From Sphingobacteriales bacterium (lineage in GTDB: Bacteria > Bacteroidota > Bacteroidia > Chitinophagales > Chitinophagaceae), in the NCBI GenBank assembly GCA_031372815.1, contig JANMMA010000083.1:4820-68819 (forward strand): DNA of 64,000 nucleotides. The letters are read 5' to 3'. The notes beneath the pieces are model-generated. The model saw only the letters and a program-made list of their open reading frames with translations, had not been told where the DNA came from and searched no databases. A program made the translations under genes and the position numbers. Positions 1 to 9,014 of this stretch are shown in pieces; the first letter of the stretch is position 1, and every line of letters begins with the position of its first letter.

Positions 1-1394
1 TCATGGTGAATAAGAACTTCAGAACTAAACAGTTTTTGTTTTTTCAACAAAAAATTTTCTTCCCACCTAAACTGAAAAAAACGATTGCGATTGCGCAATC
101 TGTCAGAAAGCGTATCGGTCAGATCTCCTGAACTGAGGTTTTTAAACAAGCTAAGTTGCCTGCCATAGCCTATATCTACATCAATATGCGATATATGGTT
201 TTTCAAAGCGTCTCGGTGTAACGACAACCCGGCAATGATATCTTTGCTGGAACTTTTTTCGTTCATCACATTGTTCACCTGCCAGTTATCCGTATCACTG
301 ATATAAGTACTACTTGTCGTTATAGCATTGCGCAAAATAGTGAGTCTGTCACCACCTGCCAAAGCTTTCATCTTCGTGTACTTTCCAATTTTCCATGAAC
401 TCATTGCTGCCAGTGCTGCATCCCTGTTATCCTTATGATAACGGTCGCTGACTGGTGGAGGCGAAATACTACCGGCAGCAAGGACAACATACTGCCCCCC
501 GTTTGAGGAATACTCGGACTGGCCCGACTCCTGAGCATAATGATACCTTACTGTTCCCATCGGGTCATCTGCAATATTGTTTGCATTTGCAAATGACAGT
601 AGTTTGAAAGGCCTGCCCAGGTAGATAAGGCTTGCTTCTACCTGGTATCGTTTTGCGATTGAAACTCCTGCAGTTATGCTGCCGCTAAAACGGTCTTGCT
701 TTTGCTTAGCGGTCTGAATATTGATACCTATCTTGTCGGACTTAGCAACGCTACGCATAAGACGGTTATCATTGTAATTATCGATGACCTGTACCTTATC
801 AACAATATCCGCTGCAAGATTTTTGGTGATTAAGCGATATCCTTTATCCGCAAGATCATCGCCGTCAATCAATACCTTCTCCACAGCTTTTCCATTGAAA
901 CTGATGCGTCCGTTTGCGTCTACTGAAAAACCGTTAATGTTTTTGAGCAGGTCCTCCAGTTTCCTGGTTTCTGCATTTTTATAACTGCCAGCCTGAAACG
1001 AAATGGTATCTGATTTAACTAGCACTGCGGGCTTATGATTGATAACCACTTCCTTTAATTCTAAACTTCGAGTTATTAACGTAAATCGAATTTCAGTTTC
1101 ATTCCAATGGGCTAAATTGATCTCTGTGATCAAAGATTGGTAACTTAAATGTCGTATCTCCAAAACGTATACCAGCGGCTTTAAATTCTTCCCGTCCAAA
1201 ACAAAGACTCCGTCTGTCCCGGTAATTTGATAGTTTACAATCGCAGCGAGGGAATCTTTTGACCTTAGAATAACCGATGCACCTTTAACACCTATTTGTT
1301 GTTCATTGATCACTGTACCTTTTAAGTACGCTGCCTGAGACAGAACAATCTCATTGCAAAAGGCTAAGCAAATGATCAAAATCCACCTTATCAT
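1..1394 (-). CDS. Outer-membrane beta-barrel / TonB-dependent-receptor-like protein with N-terminal carboxypeptidase-regulatory-like domain (5' part only; continues beyond window start)
   Basis: Not in the ORF track because it has no stop inside the window. My translation of the minus strand from the ATG at 1394 begins MIRWILIICLAFCNEIVLSQAAYLKGTVINEQQIGVKGASVILRSKDS (signal peptide plus CarboxypepD_reg-like sandwich). It later reads DTISFQAGSYKNAETRKLEDLLKNINGFSVDANGRISFNGKAVEKVLIDGDD, a plug-like segment. The frame stays open down to position 3. The ATG overlaps the TGA of the upstream gene (ATGA at 1391-1394). Confidence 0.75.
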   Translation of the reverse strand, partial: MIRWILIICLAFCNEIVLSQAAYLKGTVINEQQIGVKGASVILRSKDSLAAIVNYQITGTDGVFVLDGKNLKPLVYVLEIRHLSYQSLITEINLAHWNETEIRFTLITRSLELKEVVINHKPAVLVKSDTISFQAGSYKNAETRKLEDLLKNINGFSVDANGRISFNGKAVEKVLIDGDDLADKGYRLITKNLAADIVDKVQVIDNYNDNRLMRSVAKSDKIGINIQTAKQKQDRFSGSITAGVSIAKRYQVEASLIYLGRPFKLLSFANANNIADDPMGTVRYHYAQESGQSEYSSNGGQYVVLAAGSISPPPVSDRYHKDNRDAALAAMSSWKIGKYTKMKALAGGDRLTILRNAITTSSTYISDTDNWQVNNVMNEKSSSKDIIAGLSLHRDALKNHISHIDVDIGYGRQLSLFKNLSSGDLTDTLSDRLRNRNRFFQFRWEENFLLKKQKLFSSEVLIHH

Positions 1395-2167
1395 TTAAGC
1401 GGGATTTTTTCCCAGGTATATATTTCATATTGTGATGCTGTCTGGCAACTAATACAATCACCCGAACCCGCTGTTAGCGCGCTGCCGCTAAGCCTTTCAA
1501 TGAGTTTCTTAAATTTCCCGATATGGTCGGCCATCGTATAATCGACTTTTTGTGGCAAGGATATTTTGGTGAACTCCTTTCTGATTCCGAGTAGTTTTAC
1601 AAACATATTTTCCTGCTCATCCTTCATCTCAATGATAAGCCCGGGTAATCCGCCCATTTTCCACGGACCTGCAGCAATCGGGATGTCTGGCGCAAACCAG
1701 GCTTCATAATTTCTTCCGCGGAATAAGCAGGTTGCCCTTGTACACTGTATTGAATCAATTAACCTGTTGTCATTGCCGAGTTGCCATTGCATGGGATAAA
1801 GGGAATCGCTAATAAAAAAAGGCTTACCATCGAACCCATATTCCCGAGCGACCATCAGTGATTTTGTTTGATCGGTATATACCAGCATATTGGTATCTGG
1901 TTCAAATGACTCATCACGGTCATCTGCTGCCTTATATTCTTCGTCTGCCCTCATATAAAACATCGTCAGTTCATTGCTGACAAAAAGATATCCTTTATGG
2001 TATCTGTCTTTCCTTCCACGATCAAAATTATCGTTGAACCTGATCCTGTACTCCACCCTCAAATCTGTAGGCTGCGCAAAGACCCATTGCTGAAACAGCA
2101 TTTGCGCTATGATCATCAATTGTATATACTTCATATGGTTAAAATTTCGGTGACCTGCTTGAATCAT
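1391..2167 (-). CDS. GLPGLI family protein (Bacteroidota-specific, function unknown)
   Basis: The 258-aa ORF contains the family-naming motif in WKMGGLPGLIIEMKD. The likely true start is M12 (coordinate 2134), giving the signal peptide MKYIQLMIIAQMLFQQWVFA. The stop overlaps the downstream start (ATGA). Confidence 0.8.
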   Translation of the reverse strand: MIQAGHRNFNHMKYIQLMIIAQMLFQQWVFAQPTDLRVEYRIRFNDNFDRGRKDRYHKGYLFVSNELTMFYMRADEEYKAADDRDESFEPDTNMLVYTDQTKSLMVAREYGFDGKPFFISDSLYPMQWQLGNDNRLIDSIQCTRATCLFRGRNYEAWFAPDIPIAAGPWKMGGLPGLIIEMKDEQENMFVKLLGIRKEFTKISLPQKVDYTMADHIGKFKKLIERLSGSALTAGSGDCISCQTASQYEIYTWEKIPLK

Positions 2168-2170
2168 TGA

Positions 2171-2449
2171 CTACATAAGGGCCTTCTTGGCCTCATTAAT
2201 ACAACTGGATGCAATAGACACTGCTTCTTTACAATTTGCCGCTGTTCCTGTACAGGTAACCTGTATTGAGGCCGCCGTAGGCCCCAGGGTTGCTGTAATA
2301 GAAATGGAGCATTCTGACGTTTCTCCCTTCGAAATGTTGACTTCTATCCTTTTCTCATCTTTACTTCCCTCTCTCTGCACATCGGCAGCGAATACCGAAA
2401 CGGTACTTACCAGCAGCATTGCTGCCATAATCATTCTCTTCATGGTCAT
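2171..2449 (-). CDS. Small secreted cysteine-containing hypothetical protein (92 aa)
   Basis: Sec-type signal peptide MTMKRMIMAAMLLVSTVSVFA followed by ADV. The mature 71 aa are Ser/Thr/Ala-rich with 4 Cys. The ORF ends 3 nt before the GLPGLI ORF, on the same strand. I recognise no family. Confidence 0.55.
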   Translation of the reverse strand: MTMKRMIMAAMLLVSTVSVFAADVQREGSKDEKRIEVNISKGETSECSISITATLGPTAASIQVTCTGTAANCKEAVSIASSCINEAKKALM

Positions 2450-2643
2450 GTTTTTAATAAATGAATAAATATTGACTTAAACAGGTCACCGAAAATTTTA
2501 CCTGCCTGACCATGTAAAAGTATATTCAACGTGAAGGGACACAATTGGTGTTTTACTCCAAAACAGCCGTTTTTTGTCGGGGTCAGTAGAATTTGACAAT
2601 TTCAAGAATTCGCCATTTCACATGTTCTTAAACCTTACCTTTG

Positions 2644-2672
2644 CCCCCCGGGAAAACCCGGTTATCCGGGGG
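2644..2672 (+). promoter_or_regulatory. GC-rich element with mutually exclusive hairpins in the carB leader
   Basis: The sequence is ccccccgggaaaacccggttatccggggg. The central cccgg can pair with either the upstream ccggg or the downstream ccggg, and the outer cccccgg/ccggggg arms can also pair. It lies 42 nt upstream of the carB ATG and has no T-run after it. Confidence 0.35.
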
Positions 2673-2713
2673 TTAATCCCAGCATTTAATTACATAAACC
2701 CCTAAAAAGTAAA

Positions 2714-5536
2714 ATGCCCCAGGATAAATCCATCAAAACAGTCCTTATTATCGGATCAGGACCCATTATTATCGGTCAGGCTTGTGAATTTGATTATGCT
2801 GGGTCCCAGGCAGCGAGAAGCCTGCGGGAAGAGGGCGTTAAAGTGATCCTCATAAACAGTAACCCTGCTACCATCATGACCGACCCCATGATGGCTGATA
2901 GAGTCTACCTACTACCCCTGACGGTTGAAAGTATTGAACAGATCCTGGATGAAAACAGTATTGACGCAGTGTTGCCAACGATGGGTGGACAAACAGCACT
3001 CAATCTGGCAAAGGAAGCTGCGGAGCTTGGTGTTTGGGAAAAGTATAATGTGAGGCTGATCGGCGTTGACATAAAAGCAATTGAAAAAGCCGAAGACCGT
3101 GAAAAATTCCGACAGTGGATGATTTCAATGAACATTCAGGTTGCTCCGGCAAGAACGGCAAACTCGTTCCTGGAGGGAAAAGAATTTGCACAGGAAATCG
3201 GATTCCCCCTGGTGATTCGTCCGTCGTTTACCCTTGGAGGCACAGGAGGCGGTTTCGTTCATAGTAAAAATGAACTTGACGAAGCACTCAATAGAGGACT
3301 TTCGGCTTCTCCTATTCACGAAGTACTGGTTGAAAAAGCAGTACTCGGATGGAAAGAATTTGAACTTGAGCTGCTTCGTGATGCTAATGATAATGTGGTT
3401 ATCATCTGTACGGTTGAAAATTTTGACCCGATGGGTGTGCACACTGGCGACTCTATTACTGTAGCTCCAGCCATGACATTGAGTGATACGGCATTTCAGC
3501 TAATGCGTAATACGGCCATTGATATGATGCGCGACCTTGGAAATTTTGCCGGCGGATGTAACGTTCAGTTTGCACTCAACCCGCATACAGAAGAGATCAT
3601 TGCCATTGAAATCAATCCACGGGTGAGCAGATCCTCGGCCCTTGCCTCTAAAGCTACCGGTTATCCAATTGCCAAAATTGCTGCCAAACTTGCCCTCGGC
3701 TTTTCGCTGGATGAACTGAAAAATCAGATCACAAAAACCACATCAGCATATTTCGAACCGGCACTTGATTACGTGATCGTTAAGGTACCCCGTTGGAATT
3801 TTGATAAATTCAAGGGAGCTAACGATACACTCGGACTTCAGATGAAATCGGTTGGTGAAGTTATGGCCATCGGCAGAAGTTTTACAGAAGCAATACAGAA
3901 GGCCTGCCAAAGCCTCGAAAACAATGCTATTGGATTAGGGTATTATGGACAGAGCATGATGCACGGTGAGGATATCATTGAATACCTCAAAGTTCCAAAA
4001 TGGGATCGCATATTTCGCATTAAGGATGCGCTCATGATGGGAATCAGCGTGAAAACCATTGTACAAGCCACCTTTATAGACAGATGGTTTATTTATGAGA
4101 TCGAAAAAATCTGCATCATAGAAAAAGAAATTGCTAAATACACCATTGATACACTGCCCGAAGAATTAATTCGCAGGGCCAAACAAAATGGCTTCAGCGA
4201 TGAGCAGATGTGCAAGATCATGCGAAGCGGAAAAGAAGATGATTTTTATGAAAAGAGAAAAGCGCTGGGCATCACCAGAGTATTCAAGATGGTAGATACA
4301 TGCGCAGCAGAATTTGAAGCCAAAACACCATATTTCTATAGCAGTTTTGAGAATGGCGGAGTGAATGAAAGCAAAGTGAGCAATAAGAAAAAGATTATCG
4401 TACTTGGTTCAGGCCCTAACAGGATAGGCCAGGGGATAGAGTTCGACTACTGTTGCGTTCATGGTCTTATGGCCATCAAAGAGTGTGGTTACGAATCCAT
4501 CATGGTGAATTGTAATCCTGAAACTGTGTCAACTGATTTTGACGTAGCTGACAAATTATATTTTGAACCAGTATACTGGGAACATCTTTGGGAGATCATC
4601 GAACACGAAAAACCGGATGGTGTAATTGTGCAGCTTGGCGGACAAACAGCCCTAAAGCTTGCCGAAAGGTTGCATAAAAAAGGTATCAGAATATTCGGTA
4701 CCAGCTATGACAATATGGATATTGCCGAAGACCGTGGAAGGTTCAGTGACATGCTGAAAGAACTGAATATTCCTTATCCAAATTATGGCACTGCTTACAC
4801 CGTAGATGATGCTATTGCTGTTGCCAAAGAAGTTGGATACCCGGTGTTGGTCAGGCCTTCATATGTATTGGGTGGACAGCGGATGCGCATTGTTATCAAT
4901 GACGATGATCTCGAAAAAGCAGTAGTGAGTCTGCTTAAACACCTACCTGACAATAAAATTCTCATCGACCATTTCCTGGACAGGTGCCAGGAAGCTGAGA
5001 TAGATGCCATTTTCGACGGCGAAGATTTCCATGTGATGGGCGTAATGGAGCATATTGAGCCTGCAGGTATACATAGTGGTGACTCCAATGCTGTATTGCC
5101 GGCCTTTAACCTTACACCACTGGAAGTAACTATGATGGAGACGGCCGCAGAAAAAATAGGCCGTGCATTGAACATCCGTGGATTGATCAATATTCAGTTC
5201 GCCATCAAAGAAGGCAATGTATTTGTGATCGAAGCCAATCCAAGAGCATCAAGGACCACACCATTTATTGCAAAAGCTTATCAGATCCCATATTTAAATA
5301 TTGCTACTAAGGTGATGATCGGAACGCACAAACTTTCGGATTTCACATTCGAGAAAAAACTAATAGGATTTGCTATAAAGGAGCCTGTGTTCAGCTTCGA
5401 CAAGTTTCCAGGCGTTAACAAAGAACTCGGCCCGGAAATGAAATCTACCGGTGAAGCCATAAGGTTTATCAAAGACCTCAGGGATCCATATTTCCGAATG
5501 CTGTACAAAGAAAGAAGCATGCACCTTAGCAAATGA
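2714..5536 (+). CDS. carB: Carbamoyl-phosphate synthase large subunit (short form, 940 aa, no C-terminal MGS-like allosteric domain)
   Basis: The N-terminus MPQDKSIKTVLIIGSGPIIIGQACEFDYAGSQAARSLREEGVKVILINSNPATIMTDP is near-identical in pattern to CarB. There are two ATP-grasp halves; the second begins KKIIVLGSGPNRIGQGIEFDYCCVH. Confidence 0.95.
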   Translation: MPQDKSIKTVLIIGSGPIIIGQACEFDYAGSQAARSLREEGVKVILINSNPATIMTDPMMADRVYLLPLTVESIEQILDENSIDAVLPTMGGQTALNLAKEAAELGVWEKYNVRLIGVDIKAIEKAEDREKFRQWMISMNIQVAPARTANSFLEGKEFAQEIGFPLVIRPSFTLGGTGGGFVHSKNELDEALNRGLSASPIHEVLVEKAVLGWKEFELELLRDANDNVVIICTVENFDPMGVHTGDSITVAPAMTLSDTAFQLMRNTAIDMMRDLGNFAGGCNVQFALNPHTEEIIAIEINPRVSRSSALASKATGYPIAKIAAKLALGFSLDELKNQITKTTSAYFEPALDYVIVKVPRWNFDKFKGANDTLGLQMKSVGEVMAIGRSFTEAIQKACQSLENNAIGLGYYGQSMMHGEDIIEYLKVPKWDRIFRIKDALMMGISVKTIVQATFIDRWFIYEIEKICIIEKEIAKYTIDTLPEELIRRAKQNGFSDEQMCKIMRSGKEDDFYEKRKALGITRVFKMVDTCAAEFEAKTPYFYSSFENGGVNESKVSNKKKIIVLGSGPNRIGQGIEFDYCCVHGLMAIKECGYESIMVNCNPETVSTDFDVADKLYFEPVYWEHLWEIIEHEKPDGVIVQLGGQTALKLAERLHKKGIRIFGTSYDNMDIAEDRGRFSDMLKELNIPYPNYGTAYTVDDAIAVAKEVGYPVLVRPSYVLGGQRMRIVINDDDLEKAVVSLLKHLPDNKILIDHFLDRCQEAEIDAIFDGEDFHVMGVMEHIEPAGIHSGDSNAVLPAFNLTPLEVTMMETAAEKIGRALNIRGLINIQFAIKEGNVFVIEANPRASRTTPFIAKAYQIPYLNIATKVMIGTHKLSDFTFEKKLIGFAIKEPVFSFDKFPGVNKELGPEMKSTGEAIRFIKDLRDPYFRMLYKERSMHLSK

Positions 5537-5579
5537 GTATAATTGGGAAATGTGATGATGTGTAATTAACTTGTAGTGT

Positions 5580-6044
5580 ATGCAATCTAAGGCAACTACT
5601 CCGGACGAATACATCAATGAAATGCCCGCTGAAAGGCGGGCCGCTTTCAAAGAATTAAGGAGCTCTATCAAGAAAAATCTCCCAAAAGGGTTCAAAGAAG
5701 TAATGAGCTATGGGATGATTGGCTATGTGGTACCACATGAACTCTATCCCGACGGTTATCACTGCAATCCAGAACTGCCTCTGCCATTTATCAATATCGC
5801 CTCTCAGAAAAATTTTGTCGCCTTCTATCATATGGGAGTTTACGCAAGTCCCGTCCTTCTTAAATGGCTTACTACAGAGATGTCTAAAATTTCAAACAAG
5901 AAATTGGATATGGGAAAAAGCTGTCTGAGGTTCAAGAAAATGGAAGACATTCCCATTGACCTTATTGGTGAATTATGCAAAAAGATGTCACCGCAGGATT
6001 GGATAAACTGTTACGAAAAAAATTTCAGGAAGAAGTCGAAGTAG
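5580..6044 (+). CDS. DUF1801 (YdhG-like) domain protein
   Basis: 154 aa. The pattern TPDEYINEMPAERRAAFKELRSSIKKNLP ... FVAFYHMGVY is typical of the DUF1801 family. Confidence 0.7.
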   Translation: MQSKATTPDEYINEMPAERRAAFKELRSSIKKNLPKGFKEVMSYGMIGYVVPHELYPDGYHCNPELPLPFINIASQKNFVAFYHMGVYASPVLLKWLTTEMSKISNKKLDMGKSCLRFKKMEDIPIDLIGELCKKMSPQDWINCYEKNFRKKSK

Positions 6045-6192
6045 GCCTGTTGAAAGGGAAAGGTTAGTTGAACAAGGTAGATTTTTGAGCAGGTGACTTT
6101 AAATAAGTATGAAGTTTGTGGATCAGGAAATTCGGAAACTATTGCATGGGTTGCTAATCGATCTTTATCGACAGCGACGACCAGGACCAAAT

Positions 6193-6235
6193 AAAAAAAA
6201 GCGGGCTGAAAATGAATTCAGCCCGCATATATTTT
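6193..6235. terminator. Bidirectional intrinsic terminator between convergent genes
   Basis: A 10-bp perfect stem, gcgggctgaa (6201-6210) pairing with ttcagcccgc (6217-6226). It is preceded by an A8 run and followed by atatattttt. Confidence 0.8.
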
Positions 6236-6249
6236 TACAGGTAATGGAT

Positions 6250-7155
6250 TTAAGGTAATATAACTCGGTTGATCACGTGGACCACACCATTTGTTGCAAC
6301 AATGTTAGCAGTCGTAACAACAGAAAGTGGTTGAGCACTTCCAGTTATCCTTACACTCGCTGGAGCAGTCACTGTAAGTGTTCCTCCCTGAATTGTCGTG
6401 AGGGTTCCCGCATTGATAAAGTCTGAGGCAAATACATTGGTAGGAAGAACGTGATATTTAACAACGGTTTCCAATGTAGCCAGTGGCACTGCAGCAACAT
6501 CTGTTATACCAACTGCCCGAAATGCGGCATTTGTGGGTGCAAAAACAGTGAATTTTCCAGGACCTGAAACCACACTCACAAGATTAAGCCTGGTCAAAGC
6601 AGCTACAAGAAAAGTAAAGTTTGTATCTGCAACGGCAATCTGAGCGATGCTCTTTGTTGGCGGAATCAAAACATTATTAATTACATGGATCACACCATTA
6701 GAAGTGCCAAGATCGGCCTGCTTAACGCTAACGCCATTTAAAAACACCCCATTGGCATTACGTGAAGCAAAAATATTGCGTCCATTGAGCGTCTTCACAG
6801 TATCTGATACAGGCACAGCAGAAGAAGCTACACGCTGACCCAGTACGTGATACTTTAAGATACTGTCGAGCGTGGCCACTGGAACAGCGTTCACATCAGT
6901 AATTCCTGCTGTAGCAAAAGCTGCATTATCTGGCGCAAATACGGTCAGGTTGTCCCCGGTTGTAAGTGCTCCTGTAAGGTTAGCCTTAATAAGTGCCGCA
7001 TTCAGCGTCGAAAGATTTGGACTCTGTGCAATAACCTGTGCAAGGTTGGGATTTGGCGTAGGCGTGTTATCATTGTTATCATTGCAGGCAATCGTAAATA
7101 CAGACATTACAGCAAACAATAAAATAAGGGATTTCATACTAGCGTATTTTTTCAT
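6250..7155 (-). CDS. Fasciclin (FAS1) domain lipoprotein, two FAS1 repeats
   Basis: Two internal repeats of the type LTVFAPDNAAFA ... VLKYHVL ... NGVIHVINNVLIP and FTVFAPTNAAFRA ... VVKYHVL ... NGVVHVINRVILP. The start was moved to the ATG at 7155, giving the lipoprotein signal MKKYASMKSLILLFAVMSVFTIAC. The ORF track extends to 7203. Confidence 0.85.
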   Translation of the reverse strand: MKKYASMKSLILLFAVMSVFTIACNDNNDNTPTPNPNLAQVIAQSPNLSTLNAALIKANLTGALTTGDNLTVFAPDNAAFATAGITDVNAVPVATLDSILKYHVLGQRVASSAVPVSDTVKTLNGRNIFASRNANGVFLNGVSVKQADLGTSNGVIHVINNVLIPPTKSIAQIAVADTNFTFLVAALTRLNLVSVVSGPGKFTVFAPTNAAFRAVGITDVAAVPLATLETVVKYHVLPTNVFASDFINAGTLTTIQGGTLTVTAPASVRITGSAQPLSVVTTANIVATNGVVHVINRVILP

Positions 7156-7347
7156 GATTATATTTTGATTAATGTTTAACAGAGATAACCCGAGACGGTT
7201 CACGATACCAACAAAAAGTTTGCCGGAAAAGTGTTAAAATACTTAACAGGCAAGCGCCTTCAACAACATAAAATAGTAATATTCCCTAACTGATCCGTTA
7301 AATCACCAGCAAAACTAATCAGTATTTGTATCAGATTCGCATCAGGA

Positions 7348-8955
7348 TTGTGTCAAATGCATTACTGGAATACAAAGCCGTTTCTAAGACTATTTATTTC
7401 ATTTGCTGTTGGAATAAATCTCTACCGTTACGTCGGATTGTTTCCAGTTTTGTGTGCACTATCCGGGGCCCTTTTAATATCAGGTATCAAACCGTTTACG
7501 GGAATTTATCATCAATACCGATGGAGATATGTTTATGGACTCCTCATTCACATTGTTTTTATATCATTTGGATACATCAACATGTATATCCATGACATCA
7601 GGGTAGCCCCAAACTGGTTCGCCAAAGTCCGAAACAATGGAGACATGATGATCAGGGTTAGCAGCCCTGCCAAAAAACGGGATAGCACTTACCGCTGCAT
7701 GGGTGAAGTATTATATATCTATAACACAAAAGGCTGGTACCGCACCCGTGGAAATGTTGTGCTTCAAATTCCTCCGGGAGTTGATTCGCCTTTGTACCAT
7801 ACCGTGTTCTATGTCTCAGCGAAAACTACCCTTATACCTACCCCACACGCTGGCTCATCCTTTGACTACAGGGCCTTTATGGCGAAGAAGAATATTTATC
7901 ATAACTGTAGTCCGGCCCTCGCCGAAATTCTTATTGTTAACCGGGGCTACTACCATGAAAGCGTTTACGGACTAACCGATAATCTGCAAAAAGAAATCCT
8001 TGCAATCCTGGATCGATATATTCCCTCCCCTCCAGAAAACGGCCTGGCAAAGGCCTTGCTTATCGGATACCGTGAAAACCTCGACAAAGAAATCGTCAAA
8101 GCATACACGAATACAGGGGTAATTCATGTTATTGCCATTTCGGGTCTGCATCTGGGGCTTATTTATGCCATTCTGTCCACGCTCCTGCAATTCATGGATA
8201 AGAAGCTGAAAGTACTTAAGGCGATTATCATTATCGCTTTTTTATGGATATTTTCCATCCTTTGCGGAGCCTCGCCGTCAGTTCTCAGAAGTGCTCTGAT
8301 GTTCACCTGCCTGCTCTCCGGAGAGGTGTTGCAGAAAGAAAATTATACGGTGAACGCACTTGCATCATCCGCCTTTATGCTGCTTTGTATTGACCCCGTT
8401 CTTCTCTGGGATATAGGCTTTCAACTCAGCTATTCTGCTGTGGCAAGCCTGCTCGTTTACAACAGGTATTTCAACAGCTTGTACTCCTTCGATAACGTCA
8501 TCATAAATTTTGGCTGGAACAGTGTAGTAACATCAGTATCCGCCCAAATTCTTACCACACCCCTTGTACTGTTTCATTTTCACCAGTTTCCCCTGTTGTT
8601 TATTCTGGCTAATCTGATAGCAGTTCCACTGTCCGGAATCATATTGATTTTACTGATCATGTTGTGCTGTCTGCATTTCTGGCCATCAGTTGCGATTTTC
8701 CTGGGTGTAATCAGTGGCTGGCTATCTACCGTTATGAATACACAGGTAAGCAGGCTTGATCGCATTTCCTTTGCTGTGTTAAGGGATATTGAAATCACTT
8801 TTCAGGAAACCTTGCTGTTTTATTGCTGCATATTTTTCTTGACCTACTGGCTCACCTCAAAACGACCCGCGATATTGCTCATTTTCCTCTTTCTGGTATT
8901 GGTCTGGCTGTCCATGATAGCTGTGGATAATATCGGATTAGCTAAACTTCAATAA
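7348..8955 (+). CDS. comEC: ComEC/Rec2 family competence membrane protein
   Basis: Polytopic membrane protein with the characteristic TGVIHVIAISGLHLGLIY motif of the Competence domain. Confidence 0.8.
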   Translation: MCQMHYWNTKPFLRLFISFAVGINLYRYVGLFPVLCALSGALLISGIKPFTGIYHQYRWRYVYGLLIHIVFISFGYINMYIHDIRVAPNWFAKVRNNGDMMIRVSSPAKKRDSTYRCMGEVLYIYNTKGWYRTRGNVVLQIPPGVDSPLYHTVFYVSAKTTLIPTPHAGSSFDYRAFMAKKNIYHNCSPALAEILIVNRGYYHESVYGLTDNLQKEILAILDRYIPSPPENGLAKALLIGYRENLDKEIVKAYTNTGVIHVIAISGLHLGLIYAILSTLLQFMDKKLKVLKAIIIIAFLWIFSILCGASPSVLRSALMFTCLLSGEVLQKENYTVNALASSAFMLLCIDPVLLWDIGFQLSYSAVASLLVYNRYFNSLYSFDNVIINFGWNSVVTSVSAQILTTPLVLFHFHQFPLLFILANLIAVPLSGIILILLIMLCCLHFWPSVAIFLGVISGWLSTVMNTQVSRLDRISFAVLRDIEITFQETLLFYCCIFFLTYWLTSKRPAILLIFLFLVLVWLSMIAVDNIGLAKLQ

Positions 8956-9014
8956 AAGCTACATTTGCGCTTGCTTTTTTCAACGCTTCGAGGACGTCTC
9001 GGTAAAAACCCCTT

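Noticed and set aside
2187-2468. A 93-aa plus-strand ORF mirrors the small secreted protein gene.
   Set aside because: The minus-strand reading has a textbook signal peptide and operon context, and the plus-strand reading has neither. Both cannot be excluded from sequence alone, but the minus-strand gene is clearly favoured.
6109-6261. A 50-codon plus-strand ORF (MKFVDQEIRKLLHGLLIDLYRQRRPGPNKKKRAENEF...) lies in the gap after the DUF1801 gene.
   Set aside because: It reads straight through the strong bidirectional terminator hairpin and into the convergent fasciclin gene, so it is unlikely to be a real gene.
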